Below are positions 1 through 10,895 of a DNA stretch of 64,000 nucleotides, piece by piece. Within the stretch, counting starts at the first letter, position 1, and each line of letters starts with the position of its first letter. The position numbers were made by a program, and so were the translations under genes. The stretch lies in contig OZ251249.1 in NCBI GenBank assembly GCA_965240325.2, forward strand, positions 310,001 to 374,000, read 5' to 3'. The notes below the pieces were generated by a model. It was given only the letters and a program-made list of their open reading frames with translations, ran no database searches and had not been told where the DNA came from. The stretch comes from Rebecca billardiae RCC1528 (taxonomy: Eukaryota > Protista > Haptophyta).

Positions 1-2824
1 GCGCCGCGGCGGTGGCGCGGATCGTCGGCGCGGCGTGGGCGCGGCTGCGCGCGCGCGCGCTCGCGTCGGGCGAGCTGCTCGCCGCGGCGGAGGCCGGCCC
101 GGAGATGGCTCGGATCCTGGCCGCGGACGCGCGCGTGCCGTTACGTAGGGTGTACGCAGCGCTCGGCGCTCCGATGGCGGAGGAGGAGGCGGCGGCGGGC
201 GGCGGCGGCGGCGGCGGCGAGCCTGGCGGCGGCGCGGCCGTCGCCGACGCCAACGCCGCGCACGCCGGCGGGACCGCGGCGCAGCGCGCGCTCGCCGCGG
301 CCGACGCGGCGCGCGGCGCGGCGGACGCGGCCGCCGCCGCGGCCGCGCGCGGCGGTCGGGCGTCGGGCGCGGCGATGGGCTCGGCGACGGACGCGGACGC
401 GGCGTGGGTGCGCGCGCTGTGCCTGCGGCGCGGCGCGCGGCCGGCGGTCGGGGGCGTGCTCGCGAGGCCGGCGCGCGCGGCGCGCGCGGACGCGGTGGCG
501 AGCGCGCTCGGTGCGGACCTGCGCGCGCTGCTCGCGGCCGACGGCGGCGAGGGCGGCGACGGCGGCGGCGCGGCGGCGGCGGCGGCGGCGGCCGCGCGCG
601 CGCTGCGCCGGCCGCACCTGCTGCTCGTCTCGGCCGGCGCCGGCGCCGACGGGCTCGGCGTGTTCCGCCGCTCGCTCTGCGAGCGCGCGCCCGCCCTGCG
701 CCACGCGCTCGCGCACAGCGCGCGCGCCGCGCGCGCCGCGCACGGCGGCGGCGCGAGCGCCATCTGTCTGACGCTCGAGGCTGCGGTGGCGGACGCGCCG
801 GCGCTGCTGTCGCGGCGCTGGGGCCTCGTGCTGCTCGACGGCGTGGAGGCGCACGCCGCGCCCTCGGCCGCGGCGGCGGAGGAGCCGGCGGCGGAGGGCG
901 GCGCGCGCCAGCCGTGGCACTGGTGCGCGCTGCTTGCGAGGCTGCGCTGCGACGCTCGACTGCTCGGCGTGGGCGGCGCCGGGCTGCCACTGTCGTGGCT
1001 CGGCGGCAGCGAGCCGCTTGGCGCGGACGCGGAGGAGGAGGACGAGGTAGCCGCCGGGGACGCGGCCGCCGCGGGCGCGGGCGCCGCGGGCTCGGAGGCG
1101 GCCGTCGACGTCGGCGACGTGCACTCGGGCGCCGCGGACGGCGGCACCGGCGGCGGCGGCACGGCGGCGTGTGGCGCGCGCGCGCGCGCCGCCGCGCCCG
1201 CGCTGCTGCTGCTGCGAGCGCTGTGTCCCGCCGCGGCCGCGTCTGCGGCGTGCGCGGAGGGCGACGACGCGGCGGCGGCGGCGGCGGGCGGCGGCGCGGC
1301 GCAGCTGCTGCGACGCCTCACGCGCGGCGGCGCGCCGGCGCCCGCGCCGCCCGCGCCCGCGCCCGCGCCGGCAGGCGCGGACGCGGACGGCGCGGACGCG
1401 CCCCTCGCAAACGTCGAGATTCTGCCGGTGGACCTCTCGCGCCGGCAGCGCGGCGCGTACGCGGCGGCGCACGCGCGCGCCGCCGCCGCACCCGCGGCGT
1501 CGGTGGAGGGCGGCGTCGGCGGCGCCGGCCGCGCGCGCGCGCTCGCCGCCGCGCACCTGCTCGCTACGCTGCGCGCGGCGGCCCTCACGCCGTCCGGCGC
1601 GGCCGGCGCGGGCGGCGACGACGGCGGCGCCGACGGCGGCGCCGACGGCGGCGCCGAGTGCGCCGAGGAGCCCCTGCTCGCCGCGTCGGCGCTGTGCGTG
1701 CGCTCGCTCGCGCTCACGTGCCCCGCGCTCGCCGCGTGCGCGCCCCCTCGCTGCGCCACGCTCGGCGCCACGCTCGCCCCCCTCGGCTTGTTCCTCGTCG
1801 AATCGTGCGATCTCGATTCTTACGACGCCGTCCGCGCGGCGACGCTGCGCACGCGCACCAACGCGCTCGTCGACGTGCCGATGCGCCGCGCGGCCGCGCT
1901 CGACGGCGGCGGCGGCGGCGGCGGCGGCGCGGGCGGCGCGGGGCCCGGGCCGGCGCTCGGCTCCACGCTGCGAGGCTTCTCTGACGCGCAGCACGAGACG
2001 CGAATCTCCTGGCGCCGCCGCGTGCGCGGCTGGGTCGCACTGGCCAACGAGGCGCGCTGCTTGCGCATGCCGCTGTACGGCGCCGGGCTGCGCGCGTCGG
2101 CGGCGCTGCCCGCGGCGCACGCGTGCGTGGCGACGCGCGCCGCGCGCCGCGGCACGCCGCCGTCCGACGCGCTCGCCGCGCTCGTCGGCGTCGCCGCCGC
2201 GTCGACGGCGGCGGCGCCGCGCGCGCGCGAGCTGCTGTCCGCGCGCACCGCGCGCGTGCTCGCGCCCGCGCCCGCGCTGCTGCTGACGCGCGGCGGCGCG
2301 TGCGGCGGCGCGGAGGGGGAGGCGGCGGGTGGTGCGGTCGTGGGCGCGCCGCGCCACCCGCCGCCCGCGCCGCCGCGCGCGCTCGCAGAGGCGCGCGCGC
2401 TCAGCTGCGCGCTGTGGTGCCACCTGCCGCGCGCGGCGGACGCGGCGCGCGTGGGCGGCGCGGCGCGCGCGGCCGCGGCCGCGCTGCGCGCGCTCGCGCC
2501 CGCGCACGGCCGCGCGCGCGCGGACGGCGCGGCGCGCACGCTGCGCGCGGCGCGCGGCCTCGCCTGCGCCGCCGACCCCGCCGCGCTCGACGCGCTGGCG
2601 TCCGCGCTCCTCCGCGCCGGCGTGCGCGCCGTCCGCGCGCCGCTGCGTGGCGGCGCGCTCGGCGGCGCCGAGGCTGTGCGCGCGTTTGCACGCGCGTGCG
2701 CCGAGCCGCGCGCGCCGCGCGTCGTCGTGCTGCTGGTCGAGCTGCCGCGCACGGCGGCGGAGGCGGCCGCGGCGGGCGGTGCCTTGGACTGGCGGCCGCT
2801 CGCCGACGTTGCCGCGGCCGCTGA

Positions 2825-2866
<42 letters not shown>

Positions 2867-3441
2867 CAACGGCGGCGGCGCGGCAGGCGGCGGCGGCGGC
2901 AACGGCGGCGGCGGCGGCAATGGCGGCGGCGAAGGCGGCGGCGAAGGCGGCAGCGCTCTCTTTGACGCGGCTCTGCTGCTCGACGCGCCGGCGGTGGCAG
3001 CCGCGGAGCCGGCGGCGGCGGCGTGCGCGCGCGCCGCGCGGCTCGGCGGCGCACCGCCCGCCGCGCGCACCATCGTCTGCGTCGCGCGCGGCACGGCTGA
3101 CGAGCGGCTGCTGATGCTGTCAGCGGCGGCGGCGCCGCCGCCGCCGCAGCAGCCGCAGCAGCCGGGTGCGGCGGTGCGCGCGGGCGCGCAGCACGGCGGC
3201 GCCGAGGGCTTCGAGGCCGCGTGGGCCGAGGCGACGCCCACGCTGCGCCCCGTCCGTCCGCACGGCGCCGCCGCCGCCGCCGCCGCAGCCGCCGCCGCCG
3301 CCGCCGTCGACGTTGCCGCCGTGCTCGCCGCCGACGCGGCCGCGCACAAAGTGGGCGCGCGGCCGCCGGCGGCGCCGCCAGCGCCGGCGGCGCCGCCGAC
3401 GCCCGCCGCGCGCGCGCCGCCGACGCTCGACTCGACGCCGA

Positions 3442-3472
<31 letters not shown>

Positions 3473-3778
3473 GAACAGCTCACGCGGCCGGCGCGGCGGC
3501 CGCGGCGGCGGCGCCACCGCGGCCGCGGCCGCGGCTCGCGCCGCCTCGGCCGCGGCGGTCACCGGCGGCGCGGCCGCGCACACAAAGTCGCTGGCGGGCG
3601 CCGGCGCGACCGGCAGCTCGGAAGCCAGCGCGGCCGCGGCGGCGGGCGCCGCGGACTCGGCCGCCGCCGACGGCGGCGGCGGCGGCACCGCCACGCAGCT
3701 GCAGAGCGTCGCATGGGCGCGCGCGCTCGACGCGGCGCACGCCGCGGCCGCCGCCTCGCGCCCGCGGCCTCGGCTGAG

Positions 3779-3811
<33 letters not shown>

Positions 3812-3995
3812 AGCGCCCGCCGCGGCGCGGCTCGGTGGGGCGTGCGCGCGCAGCGACGATGGCGAGGGCGACAGCGAGGCCGAGTCGGTCTCGTCCTCCT
3901 CCTCCGCCGCCTCCGACTGCGGCGCCGCCGCCGACGACGCCGACGACGCCGACGCCGACGTCGAGATGGCCACCGCCACCGCCACCGCCGACGCC

Positions 3996-4028
<33 letters not shown>

Positions 4029-4447
4029 AGTGACGCGTGCTCGGCGGACGCGGAGGGCGGCGCGGAGGGCGCGCGCCGCGCGCGCTGGGCTGCGCGGCTG
4101 CGGCCGGTGCAGCGCTGGCAGCTGAGCCAGCTCGCACGCCAGCTCGCCGACGAGGCGGAGGCGGATGCGGACGCAGCGGCGGACGCGGCGGCGGCGGACG
4201 CGGCGGCTGCCGCGCCCGCCGCTTCCGCGGCCGCGCCCGCCGCCGCGTCGTGCGCCGGCGTGGCGGCGGTGGCGGCGCCGCCGAGTGAGGCGGAGGCGGC
4301 CGCCCTCGCCGCGCTCGCGCGCCTCACGTCGCGCGCGCCCGCGCAGCAGCCGGACGGCGCCGCCGCCGCGGGCGCAGGAGGCACGCTTTGCTATTGGCGT
4401 GGCGGCGGCGGCGACGGCGGCACCGGCGGCGGCGGCGAGGCGGAGGC

Positions 4448-4492
<45 letters not shown>

Positions 4493-5127
4493 GGCCGTGG
4501 GCTACGACACGCCGCCGGCGCCGCCCTCGCCCGCGTCGGCGGACGGCGGCGGCGCGAGCGCCGCGGCCGACGCCGCGCACGCCTCCGGACTCGCCGGACT
4601 CCGGCTGTCGCTCTGGCTGCCGCCGTTTGCGCCCGGCGGCGGCGGCGGCGGCGCCGCCGACGACGCCGACGGCGGCGTGCCACGCGTGCGCGTCGACCCG
4701 ACCATCGGCGCGCACGCGGGCTCGGGCGGCGTCGTCCAGCTCGCGTTCGCCACCGCGCTGCACACGCACGGGGCCGACGCGGTGCTCGAGGCGCTCGGGC
4801 TCGCGGCGGGCGGCGCGCGCGCGCGCGCCGCGGGCGCGGGCGGCGGCGCGCACGCGCGGCGCGGCGGCGCGGCGGGCGGCGGCGGCGCCGCCGCCGCGCA
4901 CGGCGGCGGCGGCGGCCCGCTCGGCCGCCGCTCCGACAGCTGGGACTCGGAGGACCAGGAGATGGCGGAGATCTTCGGCGTGCTGCCCGCGGCCGCGGCC
5001 GCGCGCGCCGCCGCGCTCGGCGGCGGCGCGTCCGCGCTGCTCGGTGGCGCCGTTTCGTCAAAGGCGAGTAAGCGCCGGCTGGGCGAAGACAAGGCGTTCG
5101 AGAAGCGCTCGCACAAGCGCGGCGCGA

Positions 5128-5159
<32 letters not shown>

Positions 5160-8100
5160 TCGGTCGCGGCGGGCGGCGGGCTCTTCTCCGCGGCGGCGCG
5201 CGGCGCGTCGGGCAACGCCGCGCTCGCCGCCGCCGCGCAGCGCGCGCGGCTGGCGCAACAGCAGAAGGGCGCGGCGGCGGACGGCGCCGCGCCGCGCGCC
5301 GTCGAGCCCCCCTGGTCTGCGGCGGAGGACGCGCTGCTGTTGCGCACCGTCGGCGCGTACGGGCTCGGCGCGTGGGGGCTGTGCACGGCGGCGCTCGGCG
5401 CGGTGCACGGCTCGCGCCCGCGCTCCGCGCGCGCGTGCGCCGAGCGTTGGATCGCCTTCTCGCCCGCGGCGCAGACGGCGGCGACGCAGCGCGCCGCGCT
5501 CGGCGCCGCGTCTGCGCTGCCCGCGCCGGACGCCTATGGCCGCGCGCCCTCGGCGCAGCCCGCCGCCGCCGCGGCGCTCGGCGGCGGCGGCGCGGCGGGC
5601 GTGGGCGGCGCGGCGGGCGGCGCGGGGACGGGCACCTCTGGCGGTGGCCTGCTCACGCACGCCGACGTGGCGCTCGCCGACGCCGCGGCCGCGCGCGCGC
5701 TGCGCGACGCGCGGCCGGGTGCGCTCGGCTCCGCGCCTTCGCTCTTCTCGCCGCCGCCGCCCGCCGCGGCGGGCGCGGGCGGCGGCGCGGCGAGCGCGGG
5801 CGGCGGCGGGCCCCCGGTGTTCCGCGCGGCGCTCGCGCTGACGCACGGCCACGCGCAGCGGCTGCGCGCCGCGCTCGCCGCCTCGCTCAAGGACATCCCG
5901 GGTGCGGTGCCAGGGTCCATGGGCGGCGGCGCGAGCGGACAGCCGTTCACGCCGCCGGCGGAACACCCGAGTCACGCGCTCGGCGGCGGCGGCAAGGGCG
6001 GCGGCGGCGGCGGCGGCGGCGGCGGGCGCGGCGCGCCGATCGCCGCAGACCCGCTCGCCCTCGACTTTGCCGCCGCGCTCGGGGAGGACGTGGACGAGCC
6101 GGCGGCGGCGCCAGCCGCGGCGGACGGCGGCGCGCCAGACTCGCCGCGACGCGCGGCGCGCGCCGCCGCCGAGCGCGCGCGCGCCGCCGCCGCCGAGCGC
6201 GCGCGCGCGCCGCCCGGCGGCGGCGCGCCGGGCGCGGGCGGCGCGCTCGGCGGCGCGGGCGGCGCGCTCGCCGCGCCCTTCCTGCGCCCGATGGCGCCGG
6301 CGTTCCAGCCGGGCGGCGCGGCGCTCGCGGCGAAGGCGGCGGCCGCTCGAGGTGTGTTCAGCGCCGCCGCGCCGCCGCGCCGCGCGCCCACCGCGCCGCG
6401 CTCGCGCGCCCATCGCGCCGCGCCGCGCGCGGCTCCGCTGACACGCCTAGGGTCGGGTGAGGGGAAGGGTGACGCGGCCGCGTCGCTGACCCGCCGCGCG
6501 CGCACCCCTCCTCGCGCGCGCGCGCGCTCGCTCGCCGCAGCGGCTGGCGGCGCGGCCGGCGCGGCCGGCGCGGGCGCGGCGGCGGGTGGCGGCGCCGGCG
6601 CGAGCAAGGCCGGTACAAAGACCGCCGCGCCGCGCCGCCCTTCCAGCAAGGCCGCTGCCGCCGCCGCCGCCGCCGCCGCCGCGGGCGGCGAGCAGCCCTC
6701 GCCGGCCAAGTCGCCGTCCAAAGGTGCGTTGTGTGCGCGGGCCGGGGGGAGGGTGAGGGCTAGGGCGTGGCTGTGGCTGTGCGCGCATGCTTGTTTATTG
6801 TTTTTGTTTCTTTTGATATTTTTTCCTGACGCTTGTGCGTGGAGGCACGTGCGTGCGGTGCTGTGTGTGCGTGGCACGCGTGCGTGCGTGTGCGCGCGCG
6901 CGCGCCGCGCGTCGGCCGCTCCGCTCCGCCTGCGCCATGCGGCGCCCCCGCGCGAGCCGCGGCGCGCCGGTGTCGCGAGCCGCCGTGCGCGCGCCACGCC
7001 CGCCCCCGCGCGCGCCGCGGCGCTCCGCTCACACGCACACACCGCGCGCGCCCGCGGCTGCGGTGGCGCGCGCGCGCAGGCGGCGGGCGCGCGGGCGGCA
7101 AGCGGCCGCAGGGCCAGGCGGCGGCAAAGGCGGCGGCGGGTGCAGCGCAGCCCGCGGCGACGCTCACAGCCGCGCAGCAGCAGCAGCAGCAGCGCGCGGC
7201 AGCCGCCGCCGCCGCCGCCGCGGGCCGTCAGCCGGGCGCGGATGGCGCGCAACCCGCCGCCGCCCTCGGCGCGGCCGGCGCGGCCGCGCAGGCCGCGGCG
7301 GCGGGCGGCGGCGCGGCCACGCCGCAGCAGCAGGCACGGCGCGCCGCGCGCGCGCGTCTCGCGCTGCCGCCGCCGCGCGCGCGCCGCCGCCGCCGCACGC
7401 GCACGCACGCGAGCGCACAGCACAACACGGCGCCGGTCTCGCGCGCTCACGCGCACACCACCGCACGCACGCGCGCGCGCCGCCCGCGCCCGCGCGCGCC
7501 GCCCGCAGGCGCTCGCCGCGCGCATCAACGCCGCGCGCGCCGCCGCGGCCGCGGGCGCGCAGGGCGGCGCCGCGCGGCCGGGCGTGCCGGGCAAGGGCCT
7601 GCCGATGGCGCTCCTCATCCAGGTGTGTGCACTGTGCGAGATTGCGCCGAGATTGCGCCGAGATTGCGGGCGTGCGCGCGGCACGGCGGCGAGGCGTCCA
7701 AGTGTCGCGCGGTGTGCCTGCTGATGGGCGGCGGCCGCGTGCCGCGCGCCTGCGGGCGCTGTGCGCTGCGCGCGGCGCGCCGCTCTGCGCGCCGCCCGCC
7801 ACGGCGCGCGGCGGTGGCGGCGGTGCGCTCACCCACGCGCCCTGTGCTTGCACCCGCCCGCCCCGCCCGGCGGCGTGTGCGCGCCCGCGCCACCGCTGCC
7901 GCCGCGGCCGTGGCCGCATCGCGCAACGGCCGACACCGCTGCGCGCCTCGCGCCCGCTCGCAATCTCGGCGCAATCTCGGCGCGATCTCCCGGCAGGAGA
8001 TCCAGAACAAGCCGGCGCTCAAGCCTGAGATCCAGCGCATCGTGCAGCGCGACGACCTGAACGAGGCGCAGAAGATGGCGGCCATCCAAGCGCTGATCAA

Positions 8101-8266
8101 GCCGAGCGCGGCCGCGGTGCAGGCGGCGGCGCAGGCGCACGCGCAGGCGCAGGCGCAGGCGGCGGCGGCGCAGGCGGCGGCGCAGGCGGCCAAGACGCCG
8201 GGCGCGCCCGCGCCTGGCGCGGGCAGGCAGGGCGGCGGCGGCGGCGCGTCGGGCTCCGGCGCCTGA
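1..8266 (+). CDS. SWR1/p400/EAF1-like protein with HSA-like tail, degenerate (pseudo) SNF2 ATPase and SANT/Myb domain; 5' truncated by window
   Basis: Frame is open from the window start. Proposed exons <1-6351, 6541-6723, 7080-7333, 7509-7622, 7997-8266 (third intron GC-AG). Colinear degenerate SNF2 motifs (RPHLLLVS, RRWGLVLLDGVE, LSRRQRGAY, ARAARLG, VARGTADERLL). SANT-like PPWSAAEDALLLRTVGAYGLGAW...RSARACAERW at ~5303-5455. Confidence 0.75.
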
Positions 8267-8940
8267 CGCGACGATGCACGGCGCAGGCAGCACCGAGCAC
8301 GCACGTCGCACGCCGCCGGAGTTTGGAGCAGGCTCGGCCGCGGCGTCTCGGCGGCCACGCGTCCTGACGAGCCGGCTCCGCAGCCCGCGGCAGTCCGCGG
8401 CACGACCGGCGTCACGTGTAGTCCTTGCTGCTGGCGCGAACACATATATATATATATATATAGTACATAAGTCATAACGGTGCAGATCGACTACCCCTGA
8501 CAGCTATACTGCGCGGCCGCCATATCACACAGCTCATAGTATCGTATAGTAGTAGTATAGTATAGCGCGCAGCAGATCGATTATGGCCCGCGGTGCAGGG
8601 CGGAGCGCGTAGCGTGGAGCCCCGCCGGGGGCCCTCACTACGTTGTCAAAAAGATCTTTTGATCAAAGAAAAGGGGATGGGGGACGATTTTGAGGGCTGT
8701 TGGAGGGTGAGTTTTCGATTTTTCGAGGGGTACGTTGGCCCATAGTGCTCTACTGCATTAGCAACTACGCGCTTGACGAAATAAGCGCGCCCACGCCATT
8801 CCGAATAAGTCGATGGACGGACGTGGGATCAGATACCCCGGGGGTGAAACAAGTGAGTATTTTTGTCCTTCTTGTATGCTGGAGTACGAGTTTGCCGAGC
8901 GACGTTTGATTGTTTTGGGTCGAAAACAGCTATGAGGCCA

Positions 8941-9218
8941 GATTCTTTTGAATAGCGCTTGCGAAAAGAAGTTACCCGCCTGTCTCGATGGATGAACCGC
9001 CTCATGGTATTGAAAGAGATTCTTTTGAATAGCGCTTTTAAACCAAGTTATTACCCACCTGTCTCGTTGGATGAACCTCCTCGTCATATTAAAGAGATTC
9101 TTTTGAATAGCGCTATTTTAAGCCAGTTACCCGCTTGCCTCGATGGATGAACCGCCTTGATAATATTGAAAGATATTCTTTTGAATAGCGCTTGTCACAA
9201 CCAAGTTACCCGCCTGTC
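8941..9218. repeat. AT-rich tandem array, ~78-bp unit, ~3.6 copies
   Basis: GATTCTTTTGAATAGCGCT recurs at ~8941, 9018, 9096 and 9174, each followed by a GTTACCCGCCTGTCTCGATGGATGAACC-like block (truncated in the last copy). Confidence 0.9.
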
Positions 9219-10895
9219 AGCTGTCTCGTGGCTCGCGAGCGGCGCGACGACATCGGCCCGAGCGAGGATGCCGCCTTCAAAGGCGCGCACCGAGTGCGTG
9301 CGCGACGGGTGCCGGCCGGCCGCTGGTCTCGACCTATCGCCCTCGGCCCTCCCCGAGCGCGCCTGCAGGTACCTCCGGACGCGCATTCGGCTTGCTCACT
9401 CGATCAGCTCACTCACAGCTGCCGGTCACGCAGCCGCGCGGCGGCCCCGCGACCAGGTCCGCGGCCCAAAGTGTGTGTGCGCGCCGCGCCGGTGCCCTCG
9501 CGCCGGTGGCGTGGGCTGGCTGGCCGCTGGTCTCGCCCACGCGCCCCACTCGCCCCAAGCGCGCAACGCCTGCGGGAAGCGCCGGCACCATACCTACCTA
9601 ACCTGCGCGTCGACGCCCCGGTCCCGCCGCGGCCCGCGCCTCGATCGATCGTCGATCGGACCGCGTGCGTGCGACTCCGTCCGCGCCCGCGCGCAGGGTG
9701 GGAGGGGCTGATGCAGGAGCAGATGCAGGACTACCTCGAAATTGCACGCGACGAGGAGGTGCCCAGCGCGCACTTTACGCTGCGCGCATCATCGAGTCGT
9801 CGCCCAGCGAGCGCGGCAGCTGGCCACCGGGCCGGCTGACGGCGGGCGCAGCTGCCCGTGAGCTGCGGACGCGCAGCGGGCGCGGAGTGGAAGCCGGCGC
9901 AGCGGCCGGGCAGCGGCGGCCGGCGCGGCAGCACGCTCGTATACATCGCGGCAGCTACCGCCGTCGTGCGGGGAAAGCACACGCTCTCGGCGGCTTCCAA
10001 GATGCCGACGGGCCACGGCGTGCACTCCGTGCAGGCTGCGTGCGCGCTGCAGTGGCTGTGTCGAGCTGCTGCGGCGTGTGCTCGAGGCGCGGCGCTCGCA
10101 CGGGCTACGCGGGCGCAGCGGGTGCGCGCAGCTGGCGCACGCAGTGCCACGTCCTGCGGCGCCAGTTTGGCGGCCGTCCGCCCCCCCGAGCTCGAGTTCT
10201 GCGCGCTTTGCGACGGCGCGGCCGGCAGCGCCCATCTGCCTGCTTGCTTGGGCACGCCAGCATGTCCGCCGCCGGGCCTGCTGCGCGCGCCGAAGCTGGA
10301 GGGCGGAGGAGGGCGCTGGGCTGCTCCTACGGCGTGCTGCAGCCCGGGCAGGCTCTACCGCGGCGCGGCGAGGCCGTCGCGCCTGCTCGCCGCCGTCGAG
10401 TCGCCCGTGCTGCGTGACCCTCGGCCGCACGTGCTCGCTCGGCGGCACCGCAGCAGGCGTCCCATACCAGTATACTCGAGCCGCTGTGCGCACCCAAGGC
10501 GCGAGCTGCTCGAGCGGGCCAGGTGGGCCCAGGGGGTGCGTGCAGCTGGCACACGCAGCCCCGGCCCGTGTCATGGGGTGTCGGTTTGACGGTCGCCAGC
10601 CCCTGTGGGCTCGAGCGCTGTGCGCTTCACCACGGAGGTGCTGGCAGCGCCCCGCGGCGCGCAACGGCGGGGCAGCATGGCCGCCGCCGGCGCCGCCGCA
10701 CATGCCGCCGCTTACGGGCAGTCGAGAGCTTGGGGCAGCACCTACGGCGCATGCTGCAGCTCGGGGCGGGCTCTGCCAGCCTGCTGTGGCGTGATCGCGC
10801 ATTTTCCAGACCGTCGACTCGCCCGCGCTGCATAATATTCCATTATTCGTTTGCCTGCGCGTGCTCGACGGCGCTCCGCGCTGCTGCTGCCGCTA

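Noticed and set aside
6724-7079. Apparent TM segment WLWLCAHACLLFLFLLIFF in the 2570-aa ORF
   Set aside because: It lies in a GT-AG intron (T-rich tract) that is read through by chance.
141-7919. Numerous long overlapping Arg/Ala/Pro-rich ORFs on both strands (also 42600-57700)
   Set aside because: Expected stop-codon scarcity at very high GC; they are shadow frames of real genes with no domain signal.
8636-8747. CACTA...TAGTG mini-element
   Set aside because: Only the 5-bp termini match; there is no extended TIR or 3-bp TSD.
8941-9218. CRISPR array
   Set aside because: Variable parts are only 6-14 nt, the repeats are degenerate, there are no cas genes, and the context is eukaryotic.
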